From positions 1 through 12,549 of the forward strand of contig NW_021826522.1 in assembly GCF_006345805.1 (NCBI RefSeq): a stretch of 12,549 nucleotides of DNA, in the 5' to 3' direction. Below the pieces are notes generated by a model. It searched no databases, had not been told where the DNA came from, and saw only the letters and a list, made by a program, of their open reading frames with translations. Made by a program: the position numbers and the translations under genes. This DNA is from Octopus sinensis. Lineage: Eukaryota. How positions within the stretch are numbered: the first letter of the stretch is position 1; each line of letters begins with the position of its first letter. This document shows positions 6,845 through 12,549 of this stretch, piece after piece.

Positions 6845-7272
6845 CTGAATCCACTTCAGCATAAGACTGGCAAATTTCTTTTTCTTTTATCTACACGAAT
6901 AAGACATGTTGAACCCAACAGGATTTGAACTCGGTACATAAAGTGTCGTAGAGGCACATGGCAGAGTCGGGTGAGGGATCGTGGGTTCGAATCTCAGACC
7001 AGGCGATGTGTGTGTTTATGAGCGAAACACCCGAGCTCCACGCGGCCCTGTGAGAATGTAATAGCGAAATTCTCCTGACTCTTTCGCCACAACTTTCTCT
7101 CACTCTTTCCTCCTGTATCGTCCAGGTGGGGGATCCTACACCCAGCTCCGGGAATAGATGAACCGGGAAGGTATGAGCAAACGAAATAACAAACAAATAA
7201 ACAAACAACAACTTACATAAAGTTTTATTATTAAATATTGCAAAGCATTTTGTTCGGCTCACTAACTATTCT
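6845..7272 (-). mobile_element. Old family-A SINE split into two parts (7214-7272 head; ~6845-6944 B box and body) by the family-D insertion
   Basis: Minus strand AGAATAGTTAGTGAGCCGAACAAAATGCTTTGCAATATTT..ACTTTATGTA|CCGAGTTCAAATCCTGTTGGGTTCAAC..GATAAAA..GCCAGT aligns collinearly with the family-A head and body once 6945-7223 is removed. Confidence 0.6.
6951..7212 (+). mobile_element. Fourth tRNA-derived SINE (family D) with (AAC/AAAC)n tail and candidate 10-bp TSD
   Basis: GAGGCACATGGC start, B box GGTTCGAATC at 6984-6993, tail AACAAACAAATAAACAAACAACAAC; TACATAAAGT at both 6935-6944 and 7214-7223. Confidence 0.75.
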
Positions 7273-8292
7273 TTTTAATGGCTTATATTTATTGCATATA
7301 GATGCGATACTACTCTGTGTTAGTTAGTATAAGTCTTGTCAGTAGACTCGGAATGTTTCTCAATAATCGGGAACAATGGCAATTTGGGTAACACATCTGA
7401 AAGGGCTGAACAAGGATTTTGTTTTGCTCTTTCACAATTGCGCCAAAGGCCGACTACTTTGTCCTCCCACCTCTTTAATACGCCTCTGATGTTTATAGCA
7501 AACAATCACCTACATTTGTTCAAATAGTGAACGTCTTTAACTGTGAAAATATGGGCGAGATGATTGACGAGACGATATATAATACCAAATATTTCTATAT
7601 AGCTCGAGAGATTGTCATGCAGTTATGAAACCTGATTAATCATATTCAGGATGAAAGACGTTCCGCCAGTGATTGCTCCATTTATTTGATGGTTTATTAG
7701 GTAATGTGCAACAAGAAATAAATTACCCAACGATACCTTCTGCATGGAGAACAACTTAGTTAAATGCAAACAACTGTAACTGAGCTAAAAATAATTTTTC
7801 CTTTAAAAAAAATACGATCATCATTACAGGAAAAAACGAACAAACAAACCATTAGTATTAATGAGCATCTAATTCACAGAACAGAGTAATTAACTCCCGG
7901 CTATTTCAGTTACCCCAAAATAATTTAATGGCGTTATGGTAGCGATGTGGGTGTTGAATAATTAAGATTATTGTCAACCATTGTTACAGCTCTTCACGTT
8001 TCACTGCTATCGTACCTCTTCAGCAAAGCACAGATCACTTAATTTTCCATTAAGAATCTTCATCGACAAATAGAAATAGTGTGAAGAAAATATAACGTCA
8101 GTAAATCCACGTTTATTTTACCACAAGTGTAGTAACCTGTATTTAAATTTAGAACTAAATCATACGAAGACTCCATAAAATTCTTTGGTTATTGGCAGAT
8201 AAGTGCGAAGTGGTGCAGAATATACATTTAAGCGCTTTTTCTTGCAGTTCGTGCTATCAGTTACCTATTGCGCAACTCAGAATTTTTCTTGC

Positions 8293-8371
8293 TATATTTT
8301 CCCCTCACGATTTTCTTTGATCGCGACGTCCCAGTAGGAGCACTTACATATATATATATATATATATAATA

Positions 8372-8409
<38 letters not shown>

Positions 8410-9229
8410 TATATAATAAGAGAACAAGATGTACGTTACGACGCAATAATATATGTATAAAAAAATATATATAACAATACAAAATGGACAAGAAGCGAAA
8501 ACGCTCAAAGAGACGACACAAAAAACGGACGGGTCATTCGAAGCCTCTAATCTTCAGTCAAGACCGGATCCTCCTCGCAATTTCGGCTGATTAATCTTGA
8601 GATCGCTCCGATCCGGCCAGCCCCAAGGAAAAACTAAGCTACGAGCATTAGATTTCTTGGATAAAAAGGATCGAATGTATACGAAACAAGGACAGAAAAA
8701 CGGACGATGTCACACGAATACAAATATATATATATATATATAAATATATATAATATCACAAGCAAAATCTAACTAGGCCGATTCTATCCAATGTAACCTA
8801 CCTTGTCACAGACAGTTTGGTTTGACTTAAGGATATTTGATTGCTATTTCAGTAGGCTTTGTTAGCATTCCGCACCAACACTTTTCACCAAATGGTTATA
8901 TATCTGGCAAACGCGAGGTGTGCATGTGTTTCTATATACATCTGTGAGTGTATATATATATATAGGTATATATGGATATGTGTGTGCGTATGTATGTATA
9001 TATATATATATATATTCCTTGGGGCTGGCCGGATCGGAGCGATCTCAAGATTAATCAGCCGAAATTGCGAGGAGGATCCGGTTCTTGACTGAAGATTAGA
9101 GGCTTCGAATGACCCGTCCGTTTTTTGTGTCGTCTCTTTGAGCGTTTCGCGTTCTTGTCCCATTTTGTATTGTTCTATATATATTTTTTATACATATATT
9201 ATTGCGTCGTAACGTACATCTTGTTCTCT

Positions 9230-9316
<87 letters not shown>

Positions 9317-9370
9317 GTAAGTGTCCTACTGGGACGTCGCGATCAAAGAAATCGTGTGAGGGAAAATATA
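8293..9370. repeat. Long inverted duplication: arm 8293-8630, spacer 8631-9014, arm 9015-9370
   Basis: Manual alignment: arms are identical apart from TA-tract length and about 8 small indels; no clear substitution found. Confidence 0.95.
8416..8725. repeat. ~310-bp element embedded between (TA)n tracts, probable dispersed repeat of unknown class
   Basis: Bounded by (TA)n at 8348-8415 and 8725-8752; internal direct repeat AAAAACGGACG at 8521-8531 and 8696-8706. Resembles an octopus repeat by recollection; no coding similarity seen. Confidence 0.5.
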
Positions 9371-9382
9371 TATATATATATA

Positions 9383-9413
<31 letters not shown>

Positions 9414-9442
9414 TGTATGTATTATGTATGTGTGTGTGTGTG
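9371..9442. repeat. (TA)/(TATG)/(TG) microsatellite
   Basis: Direct reading. Confidence 0.95.
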
Positions 9443-9694
9443 CTTTATGTGCATAGGCGGCGCAGTGTGAAACCTCAATTGATGCCATCTATCACATACC
9501 TAGCTGTGCGTGATATATGCCACCAGTGAGGTGCTAGCTGTAATGAATGCTGTGAAGATTTCGGGCTATGTTCGGTATCTTATGACGCAGAGAAAATTGG
9601 GATGTACTTATTAGAGAAAATGGTAAATGTGATGCTTTTATATATATAGTATGAGAAAACATTTTTATGTTTTCTACTTACACATAAATCTATG

Positions 9695-9912
9695 TTATAC
9701 ACACACGCCGCACTCCGCCATGTATATCCGTGTGTGTGTGTGTTTATACATTCATATATACATAATACACACACACATATACATATATACATATACATAT
9801 ATATGCAGATATACACACAACAATACATGTATGCTGTAACGGGGATATTTATAATTCATAGAATGTCAGAATGCATAACAGAAAGACACATTACACATTC
9901 AATATCTCACTT

Positions 9913-9952
<40 letters not shown>

Positions 9953-10320
9953 TAATACATACACGCACAGAAAATACGTACATGTGCAGACATTTTGATC
10001 TTCGTTATTCATGTATGCGTGTGTGTGTGCCTGTGTTTGTGTGTGTTTGTGTGTGTATATATACATATATATAGAGAGAAAGAGAGAGAGAGAGAGAGAG
10101 GGAGTGAGCGCGAAAGAAGTATGTATATATTTATATATAGAAAGAGAGATGGATATAGATATAGATATATACGTGCACATGTGTGTGTGTGTGTGTGTAT
10201 ATATAAAAGATAGAGGTAGAAACTTATATATGAGCTGGTATACATATGTATGTATATACATATATATGCATGTATGCCTGTATATTATATATATACATAC
10301 ATACACGTACATATGTGGGT

Positions 10321-10381
<61 letters not shown>

Positions 10382-10396
10382 CTTGTGTGTGTGTAG
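9695..10396. repeat. Compound (CA)/(TG)/(GA)/(TA) microsatellite field
   Basis: Direct reading; source of the many HT/CV/YI/RE ORFs. Confidence 0.93.
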
Positions 10397-10844
10397 ACTG
10401 TCTAAATTGCAGCATTATTGTGGGACCTTCACAACCTTTCCCGTCAACACAATGTTACAATGGCATACTTCCATAAATGCATTCATATGGAGTACAACAA
10501 GAACGCAGGCGACCGTTTGTGTTGTATTTCAAAGGCAACGATATTCCGACTTACATGTTTCATACGGCCCGATGTTCCACACATTTCTCAGATTCTTCGA
10601 ATGGGAGGTCCTGATGGAATCTTCGCTCCAACTGAAATATGCCTCTGATCTTTTATAACATCGCATCCATTAAAAGTTAACAAGATGCTCTAATTCGCTG
10701 TCCCCCCTCTCTCTCTCCTCTCTCACACTCTATGTCTATCTGTCGGACTGTTTGTCGGACTGTCTGTTTGGCGGTTTGTCTGTGTCTCCCCCACTCACTC
10801 CTTGTCCTCGGAGGCGCTTTCCTTACCTATTTTTAAAACGTAGG

Positions 10845-11108
10845 TGTATGTATTCATTTATGTATATATATTTGTATATATAATGCATACCCATATTTAT
10901 GCATGTATATATTCAATATATACGCCGAGTGTACATACACAAACATACGTACACACACACACACACACATATATTATAAGTATATATAAGAAGAAAAAAG
11001 GATTACATCATATACATACATACATACATATATACATACATACATATATATATATATAATATATATATATATATACATATATACATACATATATATATAC
11101 ATGCATAT

Positions 11109-11139
<31 letters not shown>

Positions 11140-11320
11140 ATGTTTATTACTGTTTAACAGAAGTAACAAAGGTGGCACTTTGTGTGTGTATGTGTATGCA
11201 TGTATATATATATCTATATATATATATATATATATATACATATATTTTGTGGTCTACGCATGTGTATGTATGAGTGTATGTATTTATGAGCGTGTATGTG
11301 TATGCATGCATATATGTGTG
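10845..11320. repeat. Compound (TA)/(CATA)/(TG) microsatellite field
   Basis: Direct reading. Confidence 0.92.
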
Positions 11321-11511
11321 GATGGGTGTGATCGTACCATAGGGGATTTTATACTTGTTTTTAATATTAGTCACACTAAGGTACGGGGAAAAAAGCAAAC
11401 TCTAGGCTATTTTTACTAATTTATATTATAAATATTTATGTACAAAATTGCTTTAAAAAACAGAGCTTTATGCAAACACAATCATTCATTCTCTGTCTTT
11501 GTCTCTGTTTC

Positions 11512-11583
11512 CCATGTATACATACATGCATACATACATACATGCATACATACATCCATAATACATACATACATAATACATAT

Positions 11584-11621
<38 letters not shown>

Positions 11622-11700
11622 AAACTGTGCATACACTCCATGCAATGAACATATATCTATGCCCATTATATATAAATGTGTATGTGTGTGTATTTATTTT

Positions 11701-11763
<63 letters not shown>

Positions 11764-11770
11764 GTGTATC
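11512..11770. repeat. (CATA)/(TA)/(CTAT)n microsatellites
   Basis: Direct reading; pure (TCTA)n at ~11701-11762. Confidence 0.94.
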
Positions 11771-11844
11771 AAACTGTTCTAAATAATAATACATGTAAGC
11801 CCTAGTAAATGTACCAAGAGTAGTTACCATTCGTTTTACCATTC

Positions 11845-11942
11845 ATTCGTGTATGTTTGTGTGTGTTTGTGTTTGTTTGCTTGTATGTATGTTTTTGTGT
11901 TTGTGTTTGTGTCTGTGTGTGTATGTGTGTGTGCGTGTGTAT
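11845..11942. repeat. Imperfect (TG)/(TTTG) repeat
   Basis: Direct reading. Confidence 0.9.
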
Positions 11943-12549
11943 CCAATGGTAGAATAAATCTAGAAATTTCCTAATAAGTTTGTTTTGAATATAACTTAAT
12001 ACATTTCATAGCGTTCCACGTGTTCGACAGGTGAATTCTTATATGCCATACATGTATTGTTACGTAAACGGTTGCATAATCAGCATTTAACACAAGCGTA
12101 TCAGAAGGAAAACATAATTTGATATATTTGGGGTTATAAAACATTTTGGATTCGCCTAATAAATATATGGTAACTAACAATCGATTAGATTACTGTTTCC
12201 TTCTGATTATCTGGTTTGAGAAACGCATAGAAAAATTATGTAATTTAGAATGTTATAATAAAAATATTCTTTATTTTCGTTCTTCCTTTCGATATATATA
12301 TACTCTTTAATCTATGCAAATGTATGGGGTTGTTCGTGCCGATTTTTAAAGGAAAGAAAAAGGTCAATAAATACTTGCCATTACATTTTTAATCAACCAA
12401 ATATGAACCATTTTGTTGCACAATGCGTTTCCATCTTTCCTTTAACTTGAAAATACCCTCTTCCCAGAATTGAGGGGTTTCATGGAAAGAATTCAACAAG
12501 GTATCTTTTTACGTCACACAAGGAATTGAAATTTTTACCATTATGACTA

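Noticed and set aside
7479-7700. 73-codon plus frame with one TGA (YASDVYSKQSPTFVQIVNVFNCENMGEMIDETIYNTKYF..), and the 61-63 aa ORFs at 7320-7527
   Set aside because: Lengths are compatible with chance, no recognisable domain and no coherent splice-site pair; a BLASTx would settle it.
7990-8025. Minus-strand CTGAAGA..GAAACG hammerhead-like spacing
   Set aside because: No helix II or helix I pairing, and the cleavage triplet would end in G.
8530-8560. CTGAAGATTAGAGGCTTCGAATGAC as a hammerhead core (also 9079-9103)
   Set aside because: Lacks GAAA, lacks a helix II closing pair, and has no helix I complement.
8820-8860. Possible degenerate dispersed repeat (GATTGCTATTTCAGTAGG)
   Set aside because: Too short and diverged, with no second copy in the window to support it.

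Overview
Eukaryotic, AT-rich, repeat-dominated window, probably intronic or intergenic. The SINE families look like octopus (coleoid cephalopod) repeats, but that is my recollection and was not verified by a search. No intact protein-coding gene is recognisable, and almost all ORFs in the supplied track are translations of microsatellites or low-complexity DNA. Main contents: (i) two oppositely oriented multimeric tRNA-derived SINEs (818-1581 +, 3377-3952 -) sharing a head-[unit]n-terminal-unit architecture and position-specific variants, one bounded by a 20-bp target-site duplication; (ii) a decayed, internally deleted mariner (2101-3352 -) carrying a nested 376-bp TIR element of a different IS630-Tc1-mariner family at a TA; (iii) fragments of three further SINE families, including one ending in the 5' half of a hammerhead-ribozyme-like motif, a chimeric SINE and a SINE nested in an older SINE; (iv) a 1.25-kb GGT-rich low-complexity tract built by ~200-bp block duplications; (v) a ~340-bp near-perfect inverted duplication (8293-8630 / 9015-9370) whose second arm sits inside a (TA)n tract; (vi) abundant microsatellites and a few short unique islands that could be exons of an unidentified host gene.
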